Positions 1 through 9,978 of a stretch of DNA of 64,000 nt are shown in pieces (the stretch's first letter is position 1; every line of letters begins with the position of its first letter). The position numbers were made by a program, and so were the translations under genes. This stretch comes from a bacterium (GTDB lineage Bacteria > Patescibacteriota > Microgenomatia > Curtissbacterales > GWA2-41-24): positions 45,193 to 109,192 of the forward strand of contig JAKAJD010000003.1 in assembly GCA_021813945.1 (NCBI GenBank). The letters run 5' to 3'. The notes beneath the pieces were generated by a model. That model did not search any database, was not told where the DNA came from, and saw only the letters and a list, made by a program, of their open reading frames with translations.

Positions 1-373
1 TCAGCGCTGCCGTAAATATAATCGACGGTTGAAAATATCTTGTGACCATGAAGCCCGAAAGGCAAAAGATAAGTGCCCCGAGTGAGCTTGAGAGAGACGA
101 GAGTTTGTTGATCTTCAAAAAGAAATAGGATCCGAAAAAAGCAAGTAAAAAATAGATCAAATAAAGTAAGTTTATTGCCCATACAAAAGGAAAAACAAAA
201 AGTATCAGCGAGTTTATAGGAGAAAGGGTACCGATTTCACCTTCTGCCAATAATGGGTAGCCCGAGCCATAGATATTAGGAACCCAGACTGGGAGTTGAA
301 AATGATGGAGGTATTGTGAGGTGATCCAGTACCAAGGAATATATTGGGTGACGAGGTCCGATGCGTAAAGCAT
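1..373 (-). CDS. YfhO-like / GT-C membrane protein, N-terminal part (runs off window start)
   Basis: ATG at 373 abuts the upstream ORF stop; manual translation MLYASDLVTQYIPWYW...LPVWVPNIYGSGYPLLAEGEIG...GALIFCLSGFMV, open to position 2. Confidence 0.7.
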   Translation of the reverse strand, partial: MLYASDLVTQYIPWYWITSQYLHHFQLPVWVPNIYGSGYPLLAEGEIGTLSPINSLILFVFPFVWAINLLYLIYFLLAFFGSYFFLKINKLSSLSSSLGALIFCLSGFMVTRYFQPSIIFTAAL

Positions 374-1936
374 TTAAATTTTTTCTGCCAGGTTTGGCTT
401 TATTATAAAAGCAGCAAGGAATAAAAAACCTAACAAAGTTAAAAGGTCTGATGTAAAGCGCAGCCTGGATTCGGTGAAATAAGCCTCTATTTGCCAACTT
501 CCCGGGTCAAGCGGTGTTGAAATTAGCCCATCTTTTGTGTCGATTTTTCTTTGTTGGCCATTTATTTTCAAAATCCAGCCGGGAAAGTACAATTTTCTGA
601 TAATAATTTGTGACTTTTGCGTATTGGTTACTTTGGCTGTTACGTCAAAGGGTTTTTGGCCAGAGAGTACAATGTTTGAATCGGGATTTGTGCTTATAAG
701 TGGCCTTGGCATGAAAGTTTGCCAATTTGACCAGATGGTATCAAATTCGTTTGAAGTTGTCAGGTTAGCCGTCGGGGGATTTGGCCGAAGTTGAATTGGT
801 TTTAGAAAATAGTGTCTTGAAGCAAAAATTGTCAAAATAATGAGAATTGCAGCAAGTTCTCTTGTGTATTTTTTCGACGAATCAACCAGATATACAGCCA
901 GGAAAGAGCTTGAGAGAGCGATGAGGGAAAGAAATCGCCAAGGATAGAGTATGAAATTTAAAAGTGGCAGATTTTGCCATAGAAATTTTGAAATTGGCAA
1001 GGTCAAAAATAGGCTGAGCGCGATTGTTAGGAGCATAAGAATTTCTCTAAGATTCTTTTTCAAAATTAAACTTATGATTATGACTAAGCTTGCAGTAAGA
1101 CCTATTTGGAAAGGCGTTCCGAGATTGAGATCTGAGTGCGGAATTCTTAGTAACTGGTAAAGATTTAAAAAATGGCCATTGTAAAGATTCGTTAGGGCGC
1201 TGTCAAAGACCAGATATTTTTTTTCAAATACGGAAGGAATAAGCTGAAATGATGAGAGTATGATGGCTAGAATTGAGGCAACAACAGTTTTTTTAAAAAT
1301 TTTTAGATCGGGTTTTACAATTAATAGAAAATAAAATATGAAGAAGGGAGCGAATACCATAAAGATAACGGTGTGGGAAGCGATTAGACCGAAAAGAGCA
1401 ATTGTAAGAAGTGGAATCGAGTATTTGGGTGAACCTTTCAGTTTGTGGAAAGCCAAAAGTACAAGTGGAACAAACATAAGTGCAACAGATTCACCAAAAG
1501 ATCCACGGTCATAAAGATTGGCGAAACGGTAGGGTAAATAAGTAAAAAAGATTGCGCCTACTAAGCTTGCTGCCTCTGAGGCGAAATTCCTAAATAAAAG
1601 GAAGGCGAAGATGGCGCTTAAAATGAGGCTTGCTGACATTACGGCTTTGAAGGCAAATTCGGGATTATTTGTTGGCAAAGTAAAAATTTCAGCAAAGTAG
1701 TAAGGGAGTTGATAATTTACGATAAATAGGGGATATCCTATTTGGTTTTCCAGATTAGGTGCTAGTCTCGGCGGTATCTGAAAATTTTTAATATCGGTGT
1801 CAAATTCTTTTATTCTGGCTGTATGGTAGAGTCCGTCCTGGCTTGGGAAGAGGTCTTTTTGAAACATTAACTTAAGTGCTGGAAGAATTAGAAGAAAAAG
1901 AATAAGTATTGTAATCAGTTGCTTTCCCCTTGGCAT
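374..1936 (-). CDS. Polytopic membrane protein, PTPS-related / GT-C glycosyltransferase-like
   Basis: DG..H..R, GYPLF..Y, YLPYR...LY.RG..GE, YPWRFL and YFPGW motifs; many TM helices; ATG 1936 preferred over TTG 1981. Confidence 0.7.
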   Translation of the reverse strand: MPRGKQLITILILFLLILPALKLMFQKDLFPSQDGLYHTARIKEFDTDIKNFQIPPRLAPNLENQIGYPLFIVNYQLPYYFAEIFTLPTNNPEFAFKAVMSASLILSAIFAFLLFRNFASEAASLVGAIFFTYLPYRFANLYDRGSFGESVALMFVPLVLLAFHKLKGSPKYSIPLLTIALFGLIASHTVIFMVFAPFFIFYFLLIVKPDLKIFKKTVVASILAIILSSFQLIPSVFEKKYLVFDSALTNLYNGHFLNLYQLLRIPHSDLNLGTPFQIGLTASLVIIISLILKKNLREILMLLTIALSLFLTLPISKFLWQNLPLLNFILYPWRFLSLIALSSSFLAVYLVDSSKKYTRELAAILIILTIFASRHYFLKPIQLRPNPPTANLTTSNEFDTIWSNWQTFMPRPLISTNPDSNIVLSGQKPFDVTAKVTNTQKSQIIIRKLYFPGWILKINGQQRKIDTKDGLISTPLDPGSWQIEAYFTESRLRFTSDLLTLLGFLFLAAFIIKPNLAEKI

Positions 1937-1999
1937 GTTGTAATCATAAAATAAGCTCTTTGGCGATACAAGATTTGCCAAATATGCTATCTTTTTAGG

Positions 2000-3184
2000 G
2001 TGATTTATTACATTGTAGTTTTTTCGATTTTGATTTTAGGACTTTTGAATCCAGCTGGAGGGAATAAGGTTGACTTTTTATTAGGCTTTTTTCTTTTTAT
2101 CTTTGCAATTTGCTATATTTTCTTGCCAAAGATTGAGAATTTTAGACAATACGGAGTCTGGATTGTAATTGCCATTTTCCTTCTAAGCTCCTTCGCAACA
2201 AGCTGGGAGCTTCGTACTATGCTTTCTCGAGATTTACCGCTTTTTACCTATAACAATGATGAGATGGCGTACCTTAAGGTAGTTAAGCTGATGAAAAGAA
2301 ATATTGAATATTACGATGCTTCGAGGATTGCTTTCATGGGCAAATTTGGAAGCCATGTGGTTGCTGGAGATGTTTGGGGTTGGAGGTTGCCAACTATTTT
2401 TGAGATCTGGCGGTTTATACCTGGGAGCGGAATTGGAATTTATTTGCTTTATCTCACTTTGGCTTGCGGTATGCTTTATAGTGCTTTTTTCATCGGCAAA
2501 CGCTACTTGGGAGAAAATATGGCAATTTTGCCTGCATATCTTCTTTTCCCTTATTTGCATTTTGCAGCGAGGGATCAAATTTTACTGTTAACAGAATGGT
2601 GGGCAATGCCTTTTGTGATATTTGCGCTTTTGTTTTTTGTAAAAAAGCGTAATTTTTTGGCAATTTTGGCTTTAAGTTTGGCGGTTTTGATAAGAGAAGT
2701 CTATATAGTGCCGATTTTTCTGATTTTTGCCTTTTATGCTTCGAGATTTAACAAAAAAGCTATCATATTTTTAATTCCGCTTGTTTCTTTTTTGACTATC
2801 TATCTCTATCACATAGTTGCCCTTTCTTCTTACATTGATTCTTGGCACATGATCTTTTCAACAAGAACGGTTTCTTCGGGAACTTCTTTTTTGAACGAAA
2901 CGTTAGCCTTTGGATCATGGGAATACGTTTTTTATAAATATAGAGTATTTTTGATATTTTTGGTTTTGGCAGTTTTGGCTCTCTTTTACATCTATAGAAG
3001 GATAAGTAGAGAAGAGGCGATAATTTGGCTAATTTCCGCGCTTTCTTTACCAGTTTTGTTTGTGAAGTTCGGCGTTGGGCCATATCATGATTATTGGGGA
3101 ATAATGTATATGCCGATCGTTTTGATTTTGGCACCGATTGCCACAGGAAATTTCATTCAAAAGAGCAAAATACAGAAACCTTAA
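2000..3184 (+). CDS. Polytopic membrane protein, probable GT-C glycosyltransferase
   Basis: About 10 hydrophobic segments, NNDE loop motif, 'LAVLIRE' segment typical of GT-C. Confidence 0.55.
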   Translation: MIYYIVVFSILILGLLNPAGGNKVDFLLGFFLFIFAICYIFLPKIENFRQYGVWIVIAIFLLSSFATSWELRTMLSRDLPLFTYNNDEMAYLKVVKLMKRNIEYYDASRIAFMGKFGSHVVAGDVWGWRLPTIFEIWRFIPGSGIGIYLLYLTLACGMLYSAFFIGKRYLGENMAILPAYLLFPYLHFAARDQILLLTEWWAMPFVIFALLFFVKKRNFLAILALSLAVLIREVYIVPIFLIFAFYASRFNKKAIIFLIPLVSFLTIYLYHIVALSSYIDSWHMIFSTRTVSSGTSFLNETLAFGSWEYVFYKYRVFLIFLVLAVLALFYIYRRISREEAIIWLISALSLPVLFVKFGVGPYHDYWGIMYMPIVLILAPIATGNFIQKSKIQKP

Positions 3185-3283
3185 TTTGGCTTATTGACAA
3201 GCAGGTGTTAGCTTTGTAAAGATTGAATTAGGCCTGAGTTATTTTCGGGCCAAAGCCCTTTCAGTTAAGTACTGGCCAGTATT

Positions 3284-3317
3284 AAAAAGACCTCGCAGTT
3301 TTCGAGGTCTTTTTTTT
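3284..3317 (+). terminator. Intrinsic terminator hairpin
   Basis: AAAAAGACCTCG-loop-CGAGGTCTTTTT followed by a T run. Confidence 0.75.
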
Positions 3318-3342
3318 AGCGTTGTGGTAGAATTAGGCACAA

Positions 3343-3858
3343 ATGCAGGATGTGATTTTGCCAGATAAGTTTAACAGCCCTTCTTATGGGCAAATGAGTT
3401 GGGAACAAGTGCTTTCTAAGGTGGTATGGTTTTTGGGCCTTGATAGGAACGCGTCTTACGATGTCATAATTGGTACCGACAGTGAGGCGCAGGATGGAGA
3501 AGCAGATTTTGTGACGGCTCTTATTGTGCACAAAAAAGGCCGAGGTGGGGTTTATTTTTGGGGAAGGCAAAAAGTTAGAAATTTGTATTCACTCAAGCAG
3601 CGAATATGGCATGAGGCAACAATCTCACTTTCTATGGCTCAGATGGTGGTTGATGATTTTGCCAAATTAGGTCTTTTTGGAAACTCTTCAGCTTCGTCCC
3701 AAGCCTTAAATTTGGAGATTCATGTTGATATCGGGCCAAATGGTAAGACGAGAGAGCTGATTACGGATATTGTGGGAATGATAAGGGCAAACGGGTTTAA
3801 GGTTGCAACAAAACCTTCTTCTTGGGGTGCATCACACGTAGCCGACAGGCACGTATAA
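3343..3858 (+). CDS. Ribonuclease H-like YkuK family protein (DUF458)
   Basis: IIGTDS, GRGG.YF, RIW.EA..S, LEIHVDIG.NG.T, KP.SWGAS.VADRH motifs. Confidence 0.85.
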   Translation: MQDVILPDKFNSPSYGQMSWEQVLSKVVWFLGLDRNASYDVIIGTDSEAQDGEADFVTALIVHKKGRGGVYFWGRQKVRNLYSLKQRIWHEATISLSMAQMVVDDFAKLGLFGNSSASSQALNLEIHVDIGPNGKTRELITDIVGMIRANGFKVATKPSSWGASHVADRHV

Positions 3859-3878
3859 TTTTAAGTCAAAAGTCAAAA

Positions 3879-5021
3879 TTAGGAATTGCGGTGGTGTGCA
3901 ATTTCTTCTTCGTAGATTTTTTCAATTTTGTCAGTGTAGGTTTTTATTGAAAATTTTTGGGCAATTACAAGGCTGTTTTTGCCGTATTCTTCATACATTT
4001 TGGGATTTTTGAGCAATTTTATGATTGCTTGGGAAAGTTCTTGTGCGTTAGGTTCTATCAGCAAACCGTTTTTTTTGTCGTAGACTATGTCTTTTGTACA
4101 AATATCGTCTATGGCTATTAAAGCTTTACCGGAAGCAACCGCTTCAAGAGCCACTGTTGGCAGATTGTCTACAACACTTATCATAAGGCACACATTTGCA
4201 GCTTTATTGGCACTTGCAATCATCTCTTTGGCTACAAAACCGGTCATTAGTACATTATTTTCAAGGCCAAGTTCGATAACTTGCTTTTTAATATGTTTTT
4301 TCATTGTGCCTCCACCTGCGACAATAAGAAGCGCATTTGGAATTTGCTTTGTTACCTCGGTCATACAATCAACTGCAATTTCGAAGTTTTTGCCTCTGTC
4401 TAGTAGTCCGGCAATCAAAATTAAGGGCTTTTTAGGATCAACGTTAAATTCTTTTAGAAATTTATCCGACTTACTGTTTTTGAAGAAATCGAGATCGATG
4501 CCGTTATGGATTAACTGCGGTTTAGTTTTTATTTTCGAAAGAGACTTTAGGGTTTTTGCGGAAGGAATGATTACCTTATCAAATTTATTGAAGTAATATT
4601 TGACAAGAAACTCGATAAAGGGCCCAAGCGGCTTTTCCAGGCCGGGGATAAACCGGTGAACGTACTGGTCAAAAGGTGTGTGATAGGTGACTATGTTTGG
4701 AATGTTTTGCTCTTTGGCAATTTTGGTTCCTAAAAATCCGGTTACAAAAGTTTGGTTATGAACAACGTCGAATTTTTTGTGCCTTAGCTTATTTATTAAT
4801 CGGCTGCCCCATATCAGGGGAATGCGCTCAAAAGGTCTTGTGGGCAAGCCCACAGAAGGTAAGCGGATGACGCCATCTTCATCGATAGAGTTGGGGAAAT
4901 CAGTTGTTAAAAGAGTCACCTTATGGCCTCGCTTTTCCAGTTCTCGCCTTAAGTTTATTACGTAGGTAACGATGCCGTTTATTTGAGGTTTGTAATTGTC
5001 GGCCGTTATAAGAATATTCAT
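3879..5021 (-). CDS. Glycosyltransferase family 4 (diacylglycerol glucosyltransferase-like)
   Basis: NYKPQINGIV, TYHT, NGIDL, LEAVASGK motifs. Confidence 0.85.
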   Translation of the reverse strand: MNILITADNYKPQINGIVTYVINLRRELEKRGHKVTLLTTDFPNSIDEDGVIRLPSVGLPTRPFERIPLIWGSRLINKLRHKKFDVVHNQTFVTGFLGTKIAKEQNIPNIVTYHTPFDQYVHRFIPGLEKPLGPFIEFLVKYYFNKFDKVIIPSAKTLKSLSKIKTKPQLIHNGIDLDFFKNSKSDKFLKEFNVDPKKPLILIAGLLDRGKNFEIAVDCMTEVTKQIPNALLIVAGGGTMKKHIKKQVIELGLENNVLMTGFVAKEMIASANKAANVCLMISVVDNLPTVALEAVASGKALIAIDDICTKDIVYDKKNGLLIEPNAQELSQAIIKLLKNPKMYEEYGKNSLVIAQKFSIKTYTDKIEKIYEEEIAHHRNS

Positions 5022-5025
5022 TTGG

Positions 5026-5772
5026 CTATTTTTGCGGCCTTTCTGTTTCGAGGGTTTTTACAATTACCGTTCCAAAAAGAAGCCAGGTTATGCCGTTTAA
5101 AATGTAGCTTCTCATACCCTTTAGAAAGCCTTTTTCCCAGCGTCTTGGGGAAGCTACTACAGTCCATTTTCGTGAAGTGTTAAATTCGACTTTGCCAATT
5201 TTTTTAAGCCTCCTGGCGAGGTTCATATCTTCGCAGTAGCCCGGAAAGTTCTTGAAGCCTTCAGTTTTTTGAAATGCTGATTTTCTAATAATAAAGTTTT
5301 GAGCAATGAGAAACGGTTTAAGGCTTGCTTTTTCGTATAATTTTATAAAAGAAGGGGATAAGTTATTAATTATGAATTTGGCAAAACCATCGCCGCTTTC
5401 ATGTCTGATCCAGCCACCAAATGCGACGAGAGAAGAGTTTTGAGCCATCCGTTTGGACATTTTGGCGATCCAGTCTGGCGGCAGAAAATCGTCAGAATCT
5501 GTTGAGGCGATAAATTCCCCTTTGGCTGCTTCAAAACCAGCCTGGCGGGCAAATTGGACTCCTTTTTGAGGCTCATTGACAACTTTTGCCCCGGCTTTTT
5601 TTGCAACCTCAGCTGTTTTATCGGTAGAGCTATTGTCGACTACTATAACTTCATATCTATCCTTAGGGTAAGTTTGATTTCTGAGGCTTTGCAGAGTTTT
5701 TACGATATTGTTTTCTTCGTTGTAGGCTGGTATGACAACCGAAACAAAAGGCAAATCATTACTTGTGCTCAT
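5026..5772 (-). CDS. Glycosyltransferase family 2
   Basis: VSVVIPAYNEE, VVDNSSTDKT, DSD, ED and SPRR motifs. Confidence 0.9.
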   Translation of the reverse strand: MSTSNDLPFVSVVIPAYNEENNIVKTLQSLRNQTYPKDRYEVIVVDNSSTDKTAEVAKKAGAKVVNEPQKGVQFARQAGFEAAKGEFIASTDSDDFLPPDWIAKMSKRMAQNSSLVAFGGWIRHESGDGFAKFIINNLSPSFIKLYEKASLKPFLIAQNFIIRKSAFQKTEGFKNFPGYCEDMNLARRLKKIGKVEFNTSRKWTVVASPRRWEKGFLKGMRSYILNGITWLLFGTVIVKTLETERPQK

Positions 5773-5781
5773 CTGAGAGTA

Positions 5782-7203
5782 TTATACTTCCTGCGGAATG
5801 GGGCTTTGTAGCTGGTTTACTCTCATAATTACTCTTTCAGGTTCTATGACGGCTGTGTTGTGATAGGCGCCTTCAAGAATTATGTGCTCCATTTGAGGAT
5901 TTCTAGAAAAAATACCTTCTGCTTTTTTGGATTTGGTCACTTCATCTTTTTCTTCTGAAATGACGATGATTTTTCCGCCTTCTTTGACCTTTGCGCCTTC
6001 GTAAAGATCTGGCATACTTTTGATTACTTTTCCTGCCAGGCCGGATGATACGGCACCTCTTGCGGCGTTTGCTTCCTTTGGAATATCTAAATTTCTTGCC
6101 CCTATGACCAATGAGTAGCGATGACCTGTACTTTTAAGTTCCGCCAATTCATGGGCAAGTCCTAAACCAGCAGATAACGTTGATTGATCTACGCTGCTTG
6201 CTGGTGCCAGAAGAACTGCATTAGAAACTCGATTTTGATATTTTGGGTCGTTTAGAATCTCGGCTCCAATCGGGCCGCCTGTGGAAAAAACCCACAGATC
6301 GAATTCACCTTCCGGCAGTAGCTTGTCAATTGCCGCTTCGTTAAAAGCCGTATGTGGTTCAAAATGTGAAGATTCTTTTACGGCTTTTGCGAACTCTTGG
6401 GTTACTTTGCCTGGTCTTGTGTCTGGGTAAGCAACCGTTACAACCTTACGGCCTGAATAGGCAAGTTCTTGGGCCAAACCAGATACGCTGTCCAAGTCGT
6501 TTGAAATTCCTGGAATTAGAAATATGGGTGGTTTTTCAGCTTGGCCTTCGCGGACAGGAGGTTCGAGAATGACATATCTAGCGGTTTGTTCCCCAAGTGG
6601 TTCTGAACCTTCCATGACATGGACGGTAATTTCTGATTGATTGAGAAAATCTCGTGCTAGCTTGTCTCTTGTGTGGGCTTCGTCGATAAGTTTTTGACGA
6701 GCATCCTTATTTTCTTTGGGAATTTTTTTTAGGTCCTTGTAAATTCTTGCCCGCACGGCTCTGGTTGCCAAGGTGCGAACAAATTCACCATCTTTGCTGG
6801 GAGCTGTAACGTCGGATCTGCGATGATACCAATCTGTTGGTATCTTTCTAAGGGCGATGTTGGTGACTTTATCCTTAAACTTTCTTGTTAAACTCCTTTC
6901 TTCTTTAGGAACATATTGAGCTTCAATACCATATTGTTTTAGTTCTGATGCATCCGGTTTAGACGGCAGAAACCTGTGTCTGGCAAAGCCGAGAACTGCT
7001 TGGCTCATCCCATTAAGTCCTTCGAAGAGAGTTTTTTCTGGTTTAATTGTTTCCTGCTTTGGGCCTTTTATCTTAACCCTGTCTGCCCAGAAGCGGTTGA
7101 TGGCGTCTTTGAAAGCCGTGTTGGGGGCTTTTGTAGCACCATTTGGGGATTCTGGTGAGGGGTTGGGTCTAGCGTCAGTTGCTTCAATATTCATTTGGGG
7201 CAT
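5782..7203 (-). CDS. Alpha/beta hydrolase-fold protein with a long N-terminal extension
   Basis: PIFLIPG, FSTGG nucleophile elbow, LLAPA, D and H(GAYH) in triad order. Confidence 0.65.
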   Translation of the reverse strand: MPQMNIEATDARPNPSPESPNGATKAPNTAFKDAINRFWADRVKIKGPKQETIKPEKTLFEGLNGMSQAVLGFARHRFLPSKPDASELKQYGIEAQYVPKEERSLTRKFKDKVTNIALRKIPTDWYHRRSDVTAPSKDGEFVRTLATRAVRARIYKDLKKIPKENKDARQKLIDEAHTRDKLARDFLNQSEITVHVMEGSEPLGEQTARYVILEPPVREGQAEKPPIFLIPGISNDLDSVSGLAQELAYSGRKVVTVAYPDTRPGKVTQEFAKAVKESSHFEPHTAFNEAAIDKLLPEGEFDLWVFSTGGPIGAEILNDPKYQNRVSNAVLLAPASSVDQSTLSAGLGLAHELAELKSTGHRYSLVIGARNLDIPKEANAARGAVSSGLAGKVIKSMPDLYEGAKVKEGGKIIVISEEKDEVTKSKKAEGIFSRNPQMEHIILEGAYHNTAVIEPERVIMRVNQLQSPIPQEV

Positions 7204-7209
7204 GTTAGC

Positions 7210-8193
7210 TTATCCTTCCTGAGATTTCAAATTATCTTTGGCAATTTGCTTTTTTAGAGACATGTAGGAAAGAGCACCAGCGGGAATCGGAATCCAAAAA
7301 GTGATTAGGCGAAAGACTAATACAGATGCAATGGCCCGAGGCGGGTCGATTCCGAATTGCAAAAAGACCAAAATTAACGTTGCTTCTGCTGCTCCAAGAC
7401 CGGCTGGGCTTAGTGTTACCCAGCCGCTTATCATTGAAAGAGTATAGGCAAATGTAAGAACAGACACTGAAGGATAAGCACCAAATGTTAAAAAGGAAAA
7501 GCTTAATGTGACGATATTGGTTCCATAGTAAATTATGGCAGAAATGACAGCTTCCAAAACAAGAAGCTTGTGGCTAAAAATCGCTGTTCTGTAGGCCGGA
7601 AAATTATCTTTGTATTCCAAAACACCCTTATAAATGTCCATCTTTTGTATTTTTGCTCTGAGTTTTTCCCAGATGAATTGCCTTATTAAAAAAATAAGTA
7701 ATGGAAAGATTATCAATAGTGCCAGGATTCCCAACCCAACGGAATGAAAATTTATGCTTGGAAGGTGCGGAATAAAGTAAATTGATGTCAAAAGCATAGC
7801 CACAAGAACTGAGAAGGTGATTCCGGTCCAGGAGGTTGAAAGAAAGATAAAGTTTTGTGTAGAAACCCCCAATTTTTTGTAAAAGTAATAGGCGGTTGCT
7901 ATAGAGCCGGCTTCACCAATTGGGAAAAGGTGTGCGGCCAGAACATTTAAAGAGGCAATTTTAATGGTATTTTTAAAATCCATCCGAACGCCAATCATCT
8001 TTAAAAGTGTCTGGGAAAGGAGCCCGTCACCAATATATTGGCCGGATTGGGCTATTATGCCAAGGAACAAAAACGCGTAATTGATCTCGTCTTTCAGGGC
8101 AAAAAGTCTCTTAAAATCGGTGAAATGAGGGTAAAGTTTCCATAAAGCTAGCAAAATCAAAAGGGAAACGGCTATAATTCGGAAGTATTTCAC
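7210..8193 (-). CDS. Lysylphosphatidylglycerol synthase TM / flippase-like (UPF0104) protein
   Basis: SPAGLGAAEA and VLVFRLITFWIP motifs, multiple TM helices. Confidence 0.85.
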   Translation of the reverse strand: MKYFRIIAVSLLILLALWKLYPHFTDFKRLFALKDEINYAFLFLGIIAQSGQYIGDGLLSQTLLKMIGVRMDFKNTIKIASLNVLAAHLFPIGEAGSIATAYYFYKKLGVSTQNFIFLSTSWTGITFSVLVAMLLTSIYFIPHLPSINFHSVGLGILALLIIFPLLIFLIRQFIWEKLRAKIQKMDIYKGVLEYKDNFPAYRTAIFSHKLLVLEAVISAIIYYGTNIVTLSFSFLTFGAYPSVSVLTFAYTLSMISGWVTLSPAGLGAAEATLILVFLQFGIDPPRAIASVLVFRLITFWIPIPAGALSYMSLKKQIAKDNLKSQEG

Positions 8194-8288
8194 CTATGTT
8201 CAATTTTATTTGAAGATTCGTGAAATTGGAAGCGTATGTGCCTGGAGAGTTATAATATACATGCTTAAGGCATTTCTTTTTTTGGAAA

Positions 8289-9014
8289 ATGAAGGGTTTT
8301 TTGAGAACTAAAAATACAAGATCTGTTACAGCTGAAACGGATCTACCACTTAGTGCTTCCGAGGTTTGGAAGAGGGTTTCTGACGTTTCCAACTATACCG
8401 ATTTTGTGGAATTTATGAAGCTTGTTTCCCTCGAGGGGGAATTCAGAGAGGGAAGCCACTGGTCGGATATCTCTACGGTTATGTATTTCCCGCTTAAATT
8501 CCGCCACAAAATTGCAAAAATTGAAGAAGGAAAGAATATTTTTTACTTGATTGATTTACCAAAAGGAGGCAAAATTCTTCAGAAATTGGAAGTTATTCCC
8601 AAAGGAAATCTGACACGGATGAGATTAACTATTGAAGTGGATCTTAACAATCAACTGATGGATCTTTTACTTGGTAAATTAATAGAAAAGAGAACAAAAT
8701 CGATGATCGGTGGTACTTTCAAAAAGATAAGTCATAAAATTGAAAAGGAAAAGGCCGGAGAACCCGAGATACACAAGAATAAAGGAAATGCTGCTGAATT
8801 AATAGTTAGAAAGTGGTATTTGGCACCAACGGTTATTTCCATCGCAGCTTTTGTAATTTTGGCTATTGTTTTCGGGTCGAACCCTTCGGAGATTAAAGCT
8901 GCACCGGGAAAGATTATTTCGAAATCCGAGGTATTGGTTACAAGTTCGGCAACGAAGATTAAAACTAGCGTGCACAAAGTAAACAATAAGCTCGAAAACT
9001 TCATTTCGAACTAA
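8289..9014 (+). CDS. SRPBCC (START-like) domain protein with C-terminal TM segment
   Basis: 'SASEVWKRVSDVSNY' SRPBCC N-terminal pattern; hydrophobic segment near the C-terminus. Confidence 0.6.
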   Translation: MKGFLRTKNTRSVTAETDLPLSASEVWKRVSDVSNYTDFVEFMKLVSLEGEFREGSHWSDISTVMYFPLKFRHKIAKIEEGKNIFYLIDLPKGGKILQKLEVIPKGNLTRMRLTIEVDLNNQLMDLLLGKLIEKRTKSMIGGTFKKISHKIEKEKAGEPEIHKNKGNAAELIVRKWYLAPTVISIAAFVILAIVFGSNPSEIKAAPGKIISKSEVLVTSSATKIKTSVHKVNNKLENFISN

Positions 9015-9069
9015 AATTCCTTTTAGCAAATTCGCTTCAAAGGTTAGCATTTTTATCGCTAGACAAAAC

Positions 9070-9104
9070 AAAAGCCCACGTCAAACGCGATGGGCTTCTG
9101 TTTT
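9070..9104. terminator. Bidirectional terminator-like hairpin between convergent genes
   Basis: AAGCCCA...TGGGCTT stem with A-rich and T-rich flanks. Confidence 0.55.
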
Positions 9105-9127
9105 AAATATTCGAATTTTAAACTACA

Positions 9128-9148
9128 AGTTACCAGATACCAGTTACC
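9128..9148 (+). repeat. Heptamer tandem repeat (AGTTACC AGATACC AGTTACC)
   Basis: Read directly from the sequence. Confidence 0.7.
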
Positions 9149-9162
9149 GTGACCTGAGCAGG

Positions 9163-9801
9163 TTATCGCTTCTTTTTCGGTTTACTGGTCTTTTTGCCTT
9201 TTGAGGTGCTTTTTGGTTTTTTGCCCCGATTTGTTCGGGTTGGACTTTTAGATTGCGATGCAACTTCTTCTTCGTCTTCTTCTCTGGTGTACCACCAAGC
9301 GGCGACAATAACCAATGCAACTACAACCAAAATTACTAGCGTTGTGTTTTTATCAAAACCTTCGGTTGCTGCCGGAGTGGGGGACGTAATTGGCGCATTT
9401 TTAAAGTTGACAGTAACTGTTTGGTCTGGGCTAAGCGGTTTATTATCGGGGGTTACCAATTCCGCTTTTAAGGTGTGATCGCCGTAGGCAACATCCGAAT
9501 AGGTGAAACTGTCTGCCATGACTTTTGTTGCCGTATCGGCTGTGGGATTTTTGTCGTCCAGCCAAATTAAGATGTAGCCTTCTGTGCCGGACGGGTTTGC
9601 TGATGCCTTTTCTACTATATTAAAGTTCTGAACAGCAAAAAGAATTGGGACTCGATTGCCGTAGATTGTCTGGCCGTCTGACGGGGTGATAATCTGAAGC
9701 TGAGGGGCTGCAACCTGGGCAAAGACGGCTGAGGGAGCAAGCAAGGCAGCTGTCAGCGATAGCGGCAAAAGATAAGAAATTCTTTTCATAGTAAATGACA
9801 T
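9163..9801 (-). CDS. Secreted Ig-like protein with C-terminal membrane anchor and basic tail
   Basis: Signal peptide ending VFA, beta-rich domain, TM segment, acidic then Lys-rich tail. Confidence 0.6.
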   Translation of the reverse strand: MSFTMKRISYLLPLSLTAALLAPSAVFAQVAAPQLQIITPSDGQTIYGNRVPILFAVQNFNIVEKASANPSGTEGYILIWLDDKNPTADTATKVMADSFTYSDVAYGDHTLKAELVTPDNKPLSPDQTVTVNFKNAPITSPTPAATEGFDKNTTLVILVVVALVIVAAWWYTREEDEEEVASQSKSPTRTNRGKKPKSTSKGKKTSKPKKKR

Positions 9802-9978
9802 GGGTTATTTAACTTTGGGGCCTATTTTCTGTCAATAGTGATTTATTTTTACTCGGAAAATGGTCATTTTTGGGTAAAAAATTAGCTCAGGAATTTGTTT
9901 GCGGTAATTTTGCGGTAATAATTTTTTGTCATCAATTTTTTTGTGATTTTTTTGACAAATTCTGTTAAGCTTTATGTC

